Source: Thraustochytrium aureum (taxonomy: Eukaryota). Taken from it: a stretch of DNA of 58,915 bases. A model generated the notes under the pieces. It was not told where the DNA came from. It did not search any database and saw only the letters and a program-made list of their open reading frames with translations. The DNA is taken from positions 1 through 58,915 of the forward strand of contig BLSG01000330.1 of assembly GCA_012862495.1 (NCBI GenBank), read 5' to 3'. The translations under genes and the position numbers were made by a program. This document shows, piece by piece, positions 11,738 through 24,800 of the stretch (position 1 is its first letter; each line of letters begins with the position of its first letter).

Positions 11738-13271
11738 TCAGAGCTTGCTAAACTCCCGCGCCGCCAAGTAAAGCAGAGCCACACCGTAGCCAGTTGCGCG
11801 CTCGCCGCTGTACGCAGGCGAGGCCATGTCGATGTGCAGCCAGGGCTTGCCCGCATCGAGGTATGGCTCGATGTGATTGGACAAAAACGTCGCGGGCGCC
11901 GCGCACCCCGCGTTCGAGCGGTTCTTCTGGCTATTTTTCATGTCCGCGACCGCGGACTTGAACTCGGGCCGGAAAAACTCGGGCGCATACGGCAACGGGT
12001 GAGTGAGGTCGCCCGAGCGCCGCCCACTGGCGACGATAAGGTCCTCGAACGCCTCCAATTGGTGAACACTGCCGCGTGCTTGAGCCCCGTCGCGCTGCTC
12101 TGCGCCCCAGTCAGGGTCGCCATGTTGATCAGCACGCCGGGGTTCAGGTGTCGGACAGCATACGCCAACCCGTCTGCCATTACAAGGCGGCCCTCCGCGT
12201 CGGTGTTGTTGATCTCGACTGTTTTCCCGCTGTAGAATACGTGGATGTCGTCGGGTCGCGTCGCCTCGCTGCCCACGCTGTTCTCGGCGATGCACAGCAC
12301 GGCGTGCAGCGCCCGCCCACCCTCGAGCCCTCCGTTCGAAACAATGCTGTAAAATGCGCCCAAAACACCTGCGCTGCCGCCCATGTCGCGCTTCATGCCG
12401 GGCATCCCCGACTTGGTCTTGATGCTCAGACCCCCCCGTGTCGTAGACGATCCCCTTGCCGATGATGCACGCCGACTCGCTTGCTGACTCTGCATTGTGC
12501 GAGAGGATAACCAAAGCAGGCGGGTCCGCGGAGGCCTTGCCCACGCCGTAGATGCCACCGAGCCCCCTTTCGCGGAGCTCCTCTCCGCGAATCNNNNNNN
12601 NNNNNNNNNNNNNNNNNNNNNNNNNNNNNNNNNNNNNNNNNNGTCGACATAGGCGGAAACGTTGAGCTCGTTCGGGGGCGCATCAACGAGCCGTGCGGCC
12701 TCCCGGATGCCCTCGGCGACCTTGGACAGCTCAGAGGTCTGCACAGCGCTCGACCCGCTGTTGGCGAACAGTTCGGGCCCTGTGCAGGTGTAGACGGTCA
12801 CCTTGGTCGGTGTGGACGAGCCGGAGCTCTTGTGCGAGTAGAGCGGAAAGGCGCGCGCCACCGCGCAGCACGCGGAGAACGTTTCGTTCGGCGGATCGGC
12901 AAGCAGCAGGAAGACGGCCAGGTCGCCGCTGCCCTGCTTGCTGCGCACCAAGTCGCACACTGCGTGCGGGTGCCCAGGCGCGGCGTGGCGCGACGCCGCT
13001 TTGCTGGGCAGCAGGCCGACTGCAAGGCGCTGCCACCGCCCCTCTCCCACCGCCACAAACGTCTCCGCGCTGCCCGTGCTCTCCTTCCCCGGCTTGCCTG
13101 CGAGGCAGCATACTTGAGCGCCTCCAGCGCGCCAGGGCCCAGCGCCGCGGCAAGCTGCGGCGGCACAACATCAATATCCAAGGCTGCAGCACAATGCGCA
13201 ATCACCAGCACATTCTCCAGCACCGCCGCGCCATCGCCCGTCGCGTCCACGAACGACACGGACACGCTCAT
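11738..13271 (-). CDS. M17 leucyl aminopeptidase, NPEPL1-like (frameshifts ~13050, ~12435, ~12055; internal gap)
   Basis: GIREAARLVDAPPNEL, GKGIVYDTGG/LSIKTKSGMPGMKRDMGG, VEINNTDAEGRLVMADG, EFKSAVADMKNS, WLHIDMA..GERATGYGV, pieced together across frames. Confidence 0.9.
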
Positions 13272-14126
13272 CCTCAGTGCACGCGAGTTTCCTTGCTTAA
13301 AACGGCGTCCCGCGTGCAGCTCGCCGATGGGAGTCTGCCGAACTTTGCGTCAACAACTCCAACGTCGTCGTCTTTTGATTGAACGAACAACAACAAGAAA
13401 AGCCCCAAAAACGACACTACTTAGTTGCGTCAATCCCGACGTGGCACCTCGCCATCCTCGCCGCCTGGCAGTCTGCGCTGCGCACCGGCACCCGCCAGGC
13501 CGGTGGCGCTGCGCTGCGCGAGCGGCGCCTCGATGCGATCGATGGCACGGAGCAACCGCGACGGTGGCCTGGGTTTGAGATAGATTCCTTGGACGCGGAT
13601 GTGCGCCGTCGTCAGTGCCGTCGCCCGCGATCGATCGTGAACGGGCGCAAGCATGGACAGGCTGGCTGGCCAGCACGACCAGGCTCTCTCTCATCCATCA
13701 ATGATCACGGTCAATGATGATCAGGTTGCCGGCTGAGCCTGTCGCGTCTTCGTGATGGATGGAGGAACGGCTTCGAGTCTTGCGCGCCGGCACGGACCGA
13801 CTGACCGCGACGCTTGGCACGCGGAGGCTGCGCCCCCGTGCGTGGCAACGATCGCCCGCTAGTCGGCTGGGGCCCGCGCTCGTCGACGTGGCGCTGCAGA
13901 ACAGCGCGCGCGACCAAGCGCAAGATCGTGCAAAGACGACCACAAAGGAACAACGAGTCGCACACGTCGGAGTAACGGTAACCTGGCATCCAGGATGCGC
14001 GATGTCGATGGCTGCCGCGGCCGTGGATGGATGGGCGGGGGCGGCAGAGCGCGATTGGCTCGTCGTTCGATTGTGCTTCACGGTGCCGGTGCGGCACCTC
14101 TGCTGCTGGCGTGCGGTTCGCGGAAG

Positions 14127-15395
14127 ATGGCGCCGACGAAGGTCACGGCGCTGTGCGGGTTTCTCGGCGCGGGAAAGACCACGACGCTGTCGTACTTGCT
14201 TAGTAATTGCCAGGAAGGCGTCAGGATTGGGGTGATCGCCAACGACGTGGCCAAGGTCAACATCGATGCCAAGATTGTGCAGCAGATCACGAAGGACGGA
14301 GGGTGGCAGGATGGTGTCCGTGCAGCTCGACAATGGGTGCGCCTGCTGCACCGGAAGCGACGACCTTGTCGCGGGCGTCGAGTCCCTGATGAACCAGAAC
14401 GGCGACGGGCCCGCCTTTGACCACATTGTCATTGAGGCAACAGGCGTCGCAGAGGCGGGCCAGATGCGCGCCGTCCTCGGCGAGGCGCCGTCCATCAAGA
14501 GCGGCCGCGCCAGCGCCCCGACGGTCGTCACGGTAATCGACTCGAACGACTTTTTGGCGCAGTACGAGAGCGCAGACAAGCTGAGCGAGAGGCCGGACCT
14601 TGCTGGCGAGCGCGCCGCTGAACAGCGGCGGCTCGTCGTGGACCTCCTCGTTGAGCAGGTCGAGGCCGCTGACGCCATCCTCCTCAACAAGGCCGATCTT
14701 TTGCAGGAGAGACCCGAGCGGCTCAAGGCGCTTCACAGCATTGCGCAAGCGCTCAACCCCGAAGCGCTCAAGCGCGAGACCGCGCATGGCGTAGTCGACC
14801 TTCTGAGCTTTGTCGAGGAGTCGGCGAGGAGTCGGGCCAAGCCAGCCCAGGCCCACGGCCACCACAACACCGCAGCAGACGCAACAGGCACCGGCCAAGG
14901 CCAGCACCACAAATGCACGCATAAGTGTGACGAAGGCGATCGTGCAGCCACGGTACCAAGCACAAACTCGCCGACCATAAGGAGAGGTTCGGCATAGACA
15001 GCTTTGTCTTCTCCTCAGACAGGCCTTTCCATGGGCCTACCCTTGCGCAAAAGGTGCTCAAGCAAATGGCAGCAGCGCAGCAGAGCGCGTCGCTTGAAGC
15101 GCTTGAAGCGCTTGAGGCTGAGCTGATCGTCGACGACGAAGCCAAGAGACCGAGCAGCGCTGAGGCCGGCGACGAGAACCCTTTCGGCCGCGTGCTGCGT
15201 TCCAAGGGATTCATTTTCCTTGGTGGGCCGCAAAGCCACCGAAAGATGTACTGGTCACATGCTGGGCGACACTTTGGCGTAATCCCCCAAGGCGAGTGGG
15301 GCGAGGTGACGCCCAAGCAAGAGCTCGTCTTTATTGGCGTGGACATGGACAGGGAACGCATCCTCGGGCTGCTCAACGAGGCTCTCGCGCCATGA
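14127..15395 (+). CDS. COG0523/CobW-family G3E P-loop GTPase (metallochaperone), two frameshifts (~14300, ~14940)
   Basis: Walker A GFLGAGKT, IANDVAKVNID, GCACC metal motif, IEATGVA, LLNKAD, His-rich linker, CobW_C motifs RSKG and QELVFIG. Confidence 0.9.
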
Positions 15396-15781
15396 TGTCT
15401 TGTTTTGATTCTCCATGGTGTTACTCGGTTTACTGCAAGAAGGTATTGGAGTTCGGCTGCCTCCCTTCGGCAGCCAGTGACGGGACATCTCGGCGCGCGG
15501 CGGAGGCCGCGTGCTGAAGAGCCCCCAGCCCAGTCCCTTAGAAGCCAGACTGTTCAAAGAAAAGAAGGAGAAAGGAAAATGGTCTTGCGAAATGGCGCTT
15601 TGAAACCGTATCGATTCAACCAAGCGCAAGCACCGGCCGGCACCAGCTCCGCTCTCTTCTGCTTTACCGAACGAAACGACGTTGCACGGCTCGGGCCTGC
15701 GGTGCAGCGGATCGAAACTCGTCGAGGCGCGGTCCTGGCGGAAAACCCTTGGCTCGCTCGAACCAGGCGAAACGGGCTCTC

Positions 15782-16801
15782 TCAGAGCCCCTTGTTGCTG
15801 AATACCGACGTGATCGGGTTGCCTTGCGCGTCAACTAGGTTGTGGAACTCGGGCTCGAGGTCCTTGGGGTTGAGCTCGAGCTTCTGCGGGAAGATTGCTA
15901 GCGTGGCGGGCAGCGCAAAACAGAGCGCACCAGTGATCGCCACAAGCTCGGCGGCGACGAGTGTGCGCTTCGGAAGCGTCTTGGGCACGGCCGACATGAA
16001 GAGCGCCGGCAAAACCATCACGGGTATCGGGAGCCCAAGCGAGCGCGAAAGGATGGTCTTGATGACGCCCTGCCGGCCCGCCTCGCGGGAGATACCAAGG
16101 TCGTTGCCCTGCGCGTCCTTGACCATGATGCCGTTGTCGATCTCCGGCTTGCGCGAGAAGTAGACGTTGGCGGCGCCGGCCGCGGCCACGGCGATGTAGG
16201 GCACGACAAAGGGGACCTTGGCGACCTTGCGGAACAGCGAAGGCCCGTTGTTGCCGAGCCAGCGGAAAGCGAGCGCCAAACCGCACGAGGTCCCTACCGC
16301 AATCCCGTAGCTGGTGAGGATCTCCTCGGTAGTCATTGCAGATCCAGACCGGTTGGCGTAGTTGGTGGCCGAGTTGTAGCTCTGGTTGGCCCACTGCCAA
16401 AACAAGGTCCCCCCAATCGAGGTCGAGTTGAGCATGCCGGCCACAATGGGGATGTTTGCGGGGATAAACCCAGACATGCGAAACAGGGGAAAGATACGCT
16501 CGCCGGTCCCCGTGTTGGTTGTCGCGTCACGGATCTTCTTGGCCTCCCAGAGCTCGTCGTCTGTGACGCCCGCCGGGAGCGACCCGGTCTCAAACGCCTT
16601 GAGCTTCGCCTCTGCGGCGTCAACCTCGGCGTCCGTCTTGAGCAGCGTGCGCGGGTCGACAACATCAAGAAACCCCATGAACCGTCCCGCGTACGTGTCC
16701 TGGTCAAACCTGGACCCGTCCAGGGAGAACGGCGGCGTGGCGTCGCCCGACAAGGCCAGCACGGCCTTGCCCGTCTCGGACTTGCCCGCCGGCTCGCCCA
16801 T
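15782..16801 (-). CDS. Sideroflexin (mitochondrial carrier, SFXN family)
   Basis: SRFDQDTYAGRF, DPRTLL, FRMSGFIPAN, FWQWANQSYNSATNYANRS, C-terminal FSNKGL; ATG at 16801. Confidence 0.95.
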   Translation of the reverse strand: MGEPAGKSETGKAVLALSGDATPPFSLDGSRFDQDTYAGRFMGFLDVVDPRTLLKTDAEVDAAEAKLKAFETGSLPAGVTDDELWEAKKIRDATTNTGTGERIFPLFRMSGFIPANIPIVAGMLNSTSIGGTLFWQWANQSYNSATNYANRSGSAMTTEEILTSYGIAVGTSCGLALAFRWLGNNGPSLFRKVAKVPFVVPYIAVAAAGAANVYFSRKPEIDNGIMVKDAQGNDLGISREAGRQGVIKTILSRSLGLPIPVMVLPALFMSAVPKTLPKRTLVAAELVAITGALCFALPATLAIFPQKLELNPKDLEPEFHNLVDAQGNPITSVFSNKGL

Positions 16802-17598
16802 CCTGCCGCGCTTCGCACTGAAGCAAAAACCCAGCAAAACCTCAATCCAATCCCGCTGCACGAGCCTGCGTCCCTGATCAACGCCCGAGACCCCTGCGCG
16901 CGCTGGCCAATCGACTTTGTTCGTTCGTTGGTGGAGTCGCATCGGCCGAGCCCACACATGCTCCTGCTGCTTGGCGCTAGTCTTGGAAAAACTCTCACGG
17001 AAGACCACCTTGGAAGACCAACCCACCTGCGCCAGCTGCACCACCTGCTCGCGTTCGTTCGGGCCCAACGGATAGATTGGCCTCTTCGCCGCTCTGCGCG
17101 CGCGGGACGCACGCGAGGGCTGGTGCCACGCCGCGCGTTACGTGCATGGCGACGTGCTGCTTCGGGTTCGATGATTGATTCGGTGGGGAGTTGGTCCGTT
17201 TTGCGGGGCTTTGCGAGATTGATTCTTGCGGGCTGGTCGATCAACATCGATCGATCCATCGATCGAATTGACCCTGCACAGCATCCGTGACCGCCCGGCG
17301 ATGGAGCGTGGAAGCCGAGCGCGTTTGGTTTGGCGAACGTGTGCTGTGAGAGCCCGATACGGCTTGAAGGCTGGCCCCCCTTGAATGGGCCGGGTCAAGC
17401 TTGGCTTGCCAGAGGTAATTGTTCAACGCCTTCGGCTCGCCCTCCTCATGGTCGGCGCGGACCTCCACGAGGAGCCCAGCAAGTGCAGCCGCTCAGATCA
17501 GTGTTGAGGAAGAAATAGTGGCGGCAAAGCCGCGCCTGCGGCGTCGGTTGGGATCCCGCCGCCGCAAGCGACGAGCTCGGCCCGCAGTCCGCAGGGCG

Positions 17599-18848
17599 AT
17601 GGACCGCCGCGCGGGGTCGTCGAGCGCGCTGTCGCAGGCCGGGCAGCGCGGCATCGCGGCCGAGAAGGGCGGGCCTGACGCAGCGTCGAATGGAGGATCG
17701 AGCGCCACGGAAGACGAGCGCGTGGCGAGCGGCGTGCGCCAGGTCGGGTTTCTCGAGTTCATTCGGACCGAGGACAATGCGGTTGCGCGCCGGCTCTTCA
17801 GCAACCGGTGCGTCGCGAAGCAGATGCTGGCGCCGCAGCTGAGCATCGGAACGCGCGAGATGACCGTCAACGAGCACACGGGGCGATACGAGGGTCTCGT
17901 GGGCGAGCGCGGCGCGTTCGACGAGCCCCTGACGCCGCTTGGTCAGGCCCTGGACGACTGCATTGAAGAAAAGCGCGCCGAGGCTGGCGACCTGAGGGAG
18001 GCCCCCACGACGCGCGAGCGCCTCATTGCTGCTGCGCAAAACGGCCGCCTCGAGCAAGTTCGGAGTCTACTCGCGGAGCTCGCCGAGCAGGGCGAGCCGA
18101 TCGCGACGGATTGTCTCGACAGCGCCCGCGGGGAGGCCAAGGCGGCCAAGTTTCGCGGCTGGGACGCCGTCGCGTGGGCTGCGCAACTCAACCGCTTGAG
18201 CGTCATGGAGACGCTCTTGCGCGCTGGCGCGTACCCGGACACGCTGTCTAAGAACGGGACGCCGCTCATGTGGGCGGCGCGCCAAAACCCCACCTCATGG
18301 CAAGTGTGCTGCTTGACGCAGGCGCTTCCCTCGAGGGGTGCAACCAGTACGGTACTACGCCGCTCATGTGGGCAGCCGAGCAGGGCAACCTGGAGACAGT
18401 TCGGCTCCTCGTGGAGCGCGGTGCGCAGGTCGACCGCGCCAGCAGGGACGAGAGCACGCCACTCCTCCTGGCAAGCCGCGCAGGGTACGTGAAGGTCGTT
18501 ACGTACTTGCTCGAGCGAGGAGCGGACGTAAACCGCCGCAACAAGGCCCTCGAAACGCCACTCGCGGTTGCGGCGCGCGAGGGCCATGTCGACGTCGTGC
18601 GGGCGCTCCTGGACCGGCCCGAGTGCGACGTCGATGGCTGCAACCAGTATGGTCAGGACGCGCTCCAACTTGCGCGCAGCTGGGAGACGGATGGGCACCG
18701 TGCTGTCGCCGCGCTTATCGAGGCTCGCAAGGTGGAACAGCAGGCGCGTGAGCAGGGCGAACGTCGCGATCGGGCCAACGGAGGGACGCCCGGCCAGCAC
18801 CGCGGCCGGCGCACGCGAGTCGGCCGGAGATCAAGCGAAACGCAGTAG
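17599..18848 (+). CDS. Ankyrin-repeat protein (frameshift ~18285)
   Basis: Repeats GTPLMWAA, GTTPLMWAAEQGNLETVRLLVERGA, STPLLLASRAGYVKVVTYLLERGADVN, ETPLAVAAREGHVDVVRALL. Confidence 0.85.
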
Positions 18849-20153
18849 AGCGCGCCAGTGGTGACGACGTTGCTTTTNNNNNNNNNNNNNNNNNNNNNNN
18901 NNNNNNNNNNNNNNNNNNNNNNNNNNNNNNNNNNNNNNNNNNNNNNNNNNNNNNNNNNNNNNNNNNNNNNNNNNNNNNNNNNNNNNNNNNNNNNNNNNNN
19001 NNNNNNNNNNNNNNNNNNNNNNNNNNNNNNNNNNNNNNNNNNNNNNNNNNNNNNNNNNNNNNNNNNNNNNNNNNNNNNNNNNNNNNNNNNNNNNNNNNNN
19101 NNNNNNNNNNNNNNNNNNNNNNNNNNNNNNNNNNNNNNNNNNNNNNNNNNNNNNNNNNNNNNNNNNNNNNNNNNNNNNNNNNNNNNNNNNNNNNNNNNNN
19201 NNNNNNNNNNNNNNNNNNNNNNNNNNNNNNNNNNNNNNNNNNNNNNNNNNNNNNNNNNNNNNNNNNNNNNNNNNNNNNNNNNNNNNNNNNNNNNNNNNNN
19301 NNNNNNNNNNNNNNNNNNNNNNNNNNNNNNNNNNNNNNNNNNNNNNNNNNNNNNNNNNNNNNNNNNNNNCCTGCGCGGACGGATGGATGGCAGCCCTCCC
19401 TGCAGCCGCCGGTGGAGCAGGGAGGCGGAGCTGATCCCCCACCTGGGGAAGGAGGGCCCGCGGGCAAGAAGCTAGTAGCTTCTGTTTCACCACAGCGGTG
19501 TGGGGTCTTGTGAGGAGAATATGGACCGGTAGCTTCTTTGGCGATCGGCAGGCGAACTTTGGAAAGGTGGAGAGAGCGACTCCGTTCCGAGGCTGACGAC
19601 TTCGGTGACAACACTGACGAGGGGCAATGGCAGGGAGGCCGCCCGGCAGGGACTCGGAGGACGCGCACCAGCATTCTTTCTCTCGTGGAGCTGAATTTAC
19701 TCTATTGTTGCGCATGCGTCACCAGCCAGCCGACCGGCTCGCGCCGGCGAAGGAGACAGAAGAGAGGCAGCCTGTGCGCCACCGGTTGTGCGCCAATGGT
19801 TTCTTTCTGTGTTTACTGGTTTGCCGCTCGCGCTTGTGGCCCGGGATTGGCCCTGGGGGGTGGTGTTTTCTGTCAATTTGGTGGCCCTCGAGCCCGCGCG
19901 GAAGTGTCGGTTGTTTGGTTTGACCCGCCACTGCCTCCGGAGTACAGAATGCAGTGGCAAGCAGGGAGGGCGGCGGTGCTCGTTTGGCGTCATCAGCGCC
20001 GAGCAGCAGACCCCCAACGCAACCTAGCGAGCAAACCGAGCGGCTTTCTAGCTCCAGAGAGCCAACTCGAGCCAAGCCAGCCAGCCAGCAAGCACAGAGC
20101 AAGCGCGGGTCCTGTCGCCGGGGTGGTGCGCAAGTTGGTGGCCGGCCGGGAGG

Positions 20154-21179
20154 ATGGACAACTCCATGCGCGTGGTGACGGAGGTGGTGGCGCCGACACT
20201 GGGCGCAGTGCTCGCCAACCTGTTGTTCCTCGGCCCGATGCCAGCGGTTCGCGCCGCGAGGCGGGCCAAGTGCCTCGGCCCAGTCAACGCGATGCTTTTC
20301 CCGTTCATCCTCTCCAACTGCCTCGGGTATGCGTCGTACGGATTTCTCAAGAAAGACCCCTTCATCCTGCTGGCCAACATCAGCGGCGTGTTCCTCGGCC
20401 TCTTCTACCTCCTGACCAGCTACAGGCTCTGCGAGAACGAGGCACGGGCGGCCCGCCTCGAGGCCCTGACGATGTCCCTCGTTGTGTTCTGGGGCGTCCT
20501 CAACTCGGTGGTCGCCTTCATCCCCGACACGGCGACGCGGGAGGGCATCATCGGCTACGCGGCACTCGTCATGACCTTGCTCATGTTTGCGGCCCCGCTG
20601 AGCACGATCCGCTCCGTGCTCCAAGAGCGCAATACCATCTCGATCGACAAGGGCTTCCTCGTCATGCAGGTGCTCAGCTGCGTCATGTGGTCCACGTACG
20701 GCTTCGTGCTCCTGGACTACAGCATCCTCATCGGCAACACGGTCGGCCTCGTCCTCGGCTTGGCGCAGGTTGGCCTTGTCGCAATGCTGCCGCGATACAT
20801 GCCCGGTGCCGCACTCCCGGCCAAATCAGAGCCCGCGACGTTTGGGAGCGACTCCTTCGACGACCTCGAGGGCGGCCGGCCGCCGGTGACGGCCTCCAGC
20901 TTCGCCGCGCTGCCATCCGCGATCAACGTGCCCGAGCTCTCCACCGTATCCCCGCAAGTGCCAGTGCAGCCGGTGCCGGCTCAACGAGTCATGCTGGCCA
21001 GCACGATCCCCATTGCGCCAGTGACGCCGCAGCCTGCTTCCGACGTCTCTTCGCCGATGGCCCCGATCCTGCAGGATGCCCCGATGGCGGTACACCCAGA
21101 GTTTATGTCGGATGAGCGCGAGCTGGCCTCTCTCCTCCCGCCTGCGCCGGTTGTCCCGAGCGACGTTGACCTTATCTGA
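20154..21179 (+). CDS. SWEET/MtN3 sugar transporter with Pro-rich C-tail
   Basis: Seven TM segments; ANLLFLGPM, LMFAAPLSTIRSVL..SI, WSTYGF..DYSILIGNTVG. Confidence 0.9.
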   Translation: MDNSMRVVTEVVAPTLGAVLANLLFLGPMPAVRAARRAKCLGPVNAMLFPFILSNCLGYASYGFLKKDPFILLANISGVFLGLFYLLTSYRLCENEARAARLEALTMSLVVFWGVLNSVVAFIPDTATREGIIGYAALVMTLLMFAAPLSTIRSVLQERNTISIDKGFLVMQVLSCVMWSTYGFVLLDYSILIGNTVGLVLGLAQVGLVAMLPRYMPGAALPAKSEPATFGSDSFDDLEGGRPPVTASSFAALPSAINVPELSTVSPQVPVQPVPAQRVMLASTIPIAPVTPQPASDVSSPMAPILQDAPMAVHPEFMSDERELASLLPPAPVVPSDVDLI

Positions 21180-21873
21180 GGCGCTGGGGCAGCCACAACA
21201 ACAGCACTTGGCCGTGGTGTCGTTCGGACGGCGGCGCCAGCCATTCGCGTTGGACGCGAGTGGCGCACTTCCAACCAGCGTCAATCTTGACTTGAAATAA
21301 CAATAAAAGAGAAACAGCAGCAGCTTTCGCAAGCGATCCCGTCGGGACGACGCGTTGCAACCTGGGCGGCGCAAGCGCCTGCTCGAGGCGCCAGAATGCG
21401 AGCCCAAATCGCACCAGCGCGCGCGAGCCCCCTCGATGTTTCCTCACGCCAGGAGACGAGCTGGGATCCGTTACAAACAATTCCGTTTGGGGCAAATGCA
21501 AATGAAAATTCGTCTGTCTCAGCAGCCAAGCAGGCGCCTCGCCCGGTGGACGACGTCCTCGTCGTCGTGGTGGTGAAAGAAAAGCCGTGCCGAAGGCNNN
21601 NNNNNNNNNNNNNNNNNNNNNNNNNNNNNNNNNNNNNNNNNNNNNNNNNNNNNNNNNNNNNNNNNNNNNNNNNNNNNNNNNNNNNNNNNNNNNNNNNNNN
21701 NNNNNNNNNNNNNNNNNNNNNNNNNNNNNNNNNNNNNNNNNNNNNNNNNNNNNNNNNNNNNNNNNNNNNNNNNNNNNNNNNNNNNNNNNNNNNNNNNNNN
21801 NNNNNNNNNNNNNNNNNNNNNNNNNNNNNNNNNNNNNNNNNNNNNNNNNNNNNNNNNNNNNNNNNNNNNNNNG

Positions 21874-24800
21874 GATAGCCGCTCGAGAAAAGCACGCGGC
21901 GATGGCGCCCCCTGCAAGCAGCGTCGGGCCCGCCGCCCCACCAGCGCAAGCCGCGCGCGGCGAAAGGGGAAGCCGCGCCAAGCAGCCAGACGCACCGCCG
22001 ACGTCAGACCCGCCGTCGGCTCGCAAGCCGCTTCCGCGCGGAAAGCTAGAAGACGCTCGCAAGCTCGACGACACGCTGAACCAAGCGGAGGAGAGCGCAA
22101 ATGCGCAGGACGAGCGCAGTGCGCGGGTTGCCAGCCTTGTCGACTCGTGCGCCAAGCGGCTGAAAGGTGGCCGCGCAATCCAAAGCGAGTTCACCGACCT
22201 GGTTGCACGCGACCTTTGCGGGTACTATGAAGAAGAGCAGCAGGGCAAGCGCAAGGTCTCGAGCATGTTGGCGCTCTTGGACGAAAGCCCGGGAAAGGAA
22301 ACCTCCATACCGACCACCCTGCTCTTTCGACATATCAGGGTCGAGATCGAGGGCATACAGGACACGGCCGCCCGGCTGCTACCAAAGTACGTGGTCACGG
22401 CGGACGGCAGCATAAAGTCGTGGCCCGTCGACAAAGCCTTGGTATTCTTAGCGCCGATCGGGCTGCCAGAAAGGTGGACAAAGCGATACGTGCGCTCGTG
22501 CGTCAACAAGTGGCTCATCAGCGGCATACAATACCAGCTGGATCAGGCCGCATCAGCCGCTATTGCAGATATAATTGAGAGCGACAGCGAGAACGACAGC
22601 GACTGGAGCGAGACTGATTCGAACGACTCGCAAAGCTCCGACAGCGACAGTAGTCACTCAGAGGGCAGCTCCAACTCAAGCTCTGGCTCGAGCGGCGACG
22701 AATGTGACGAGAGCGACGAAGATCTCGAAGCAAAAGGCGATGCGGCAAGCGCCGCTCCCGCACCAGAGTTGACAGCTGAAAGCGACAGCAGCGCCGCCGC
22801 AAGGAGAGGCGTGCCCAAATCCCCCAAAGCCGGCGCCGCACCGCGCGATCGCCATACTATTGCCGCCGCATCGCACCGGCGACACAAGAAGCGGCGCCTC
22901 AGCCTCCTCAAGAGTATTAAGAGCTTTCACGTTGACTCGGTCGGGTCGAACAGCACGGGAAACACGCCAAAGAGCGACGGGTCGATGTCATATTGGTTCA
23001 GCGAGAACAGCTCCGAGCTTGACGCGCAGGAGTCGGACTCGGAGCTGGACTCTGAAGGCGACGAAGAGGACGAAGAAAAACTGCAGGCAGTGGTCAAGGC
23101 CGGATTCGGCGAAAGCGGTCTCCCTGTCACACAACACGTGTCGCGATCCAGGTTTGCCCCGTTCAACGAAAAGCACCTCGTCCAAGTCTACCGCGTGCGA
23201 ATCACCGGCAGGAACCTCGAAGAAGCGATCGGGATTAAGAGCACAGTCACTAGCGTTCTTGAAACGCCTACGTTGCAAGACCGCCTGCAGCTCAGCTCAA
23301 CCCCAGAAAAGGTCAAAATTTGTTGGCACTGGGTCAAGTCCGCTGGCGCGCGTCAAAGCAAGGCGGGACCCGCTGGAGGGGGCGAGCAGAGCACCGCCGG
23401 CGCGCGGGCGAGCCCACGCGAGAGCGTCGAAGACGAGGGCGCCAAGCAGCCCGCTCCAGTCGTCCCGGAAGACCCCTTCTTCAGCTACCGTCGCTTTCTG
23501 GCTCAAGAACTGTTTGGCGTGGAGGAGCTCCAGTCAGCGCCGGTCGCCGCCTCCACGCTCGAAAAGATTCTGATCTACAAATGCCGCTTCGCGCCAGCAA
23601 AGGTGTTTGAGATGCTCCGCGTGGCGCGCGACACTTGCCAGGTCAACGTGGACGGCCCGTCTGGGCCCGCGCAACCCCCAAACACAGCAGGCATGTTCTC
23701 GCTCGACAACCTTTGTGCTCTCTGCCACCTGCTGGAGCAAGAGATGGTCTCACCGATGGACGGTGAAAGCGTCGAGCTCAGCGAAGACGACCGGCTCGTT
23801 GTGCGAGGGCTCTTTCCGCAGTCCTGCAACGTGCGGGTGAAGAAGCTCGCTGGCGGGTTTTCCGGGTCCATTGTCCTCCAAACCGTGAGCTACGACATCG
23901 AAGGCCGCGCCGAGGAGTCGACCGTGCTCAAGCTCGACGAGGCCGATTCGATTCGCGAGGAGGAGCGCCGCCATCGAATGATGATCAAGTACCTCGGCGA
24001 CCACGCCCCCGTCGTTCTTGGCCGCTTCTTCCTCGGCCAAGAATCTGCGGAGCGGCGCCCACTCGCTTCCTCGAATGGGCAACTCAATATCGACGACTCA
24101 GAAAACCAAGGCGTGGGAGGCCCGCAGGCGCTTGACGGCGAGGGGTCAGGGCCCGCGCTGACATCAAGATCAGCGCGCGCAGGCATCAAGATTTCTCTCG
24201 CTGGGGACCAGTCCATCTTCCGCGGCTCGAGCACGCAGCAGAAGAACCACCTCATTACGCTCAAGGAGCTCTACCTGTTCGAGCAGAGCCAGATCGACTT
24301 TGCTAATGAGACAGACAGCGAAAGGGCGTCGCCCTCGTCGAGATCGGACCGCCGCGCCTCCGATCAGGCCGACATTGCTGCGATTCACAGCGTCCACAAC
24401 ATCCTCCTCGAGGTCTTTGGCGACGTTTTCGAGAAATGCACGGTGCAGTCGTCGCTCGCCCTTGGCAAGTCCATGCTGCCTATCCGCGCCCTGTACAACG
24501 TCGAAGGCGCGCTTCGCAAGCATTGCTTTGACCCGAGGCGTCGCGCCTTTCTGGCAAACGAGGTCTGGGACCCGGCGACGGTGGTCGCGCAATGTGGCCT
24601 GAGCGAGCTTTTGCAGGTTCATGCCAAGTCACACGAGGCGCTCACCGCCTCCTCCGCCGCGGCGCTTGACGAGCCTGAGCAAGAGCCGCGCCCGCAGACC
24701 ACGAGCCCTCTTGCGCCTTCGGAAGCTCCGGCTGGCGCCCTGTTCGACTTTCTGCTTCGAGTCGACAAGTGGTTTGCGAATCAAGCCGAAGGGAACCTGA

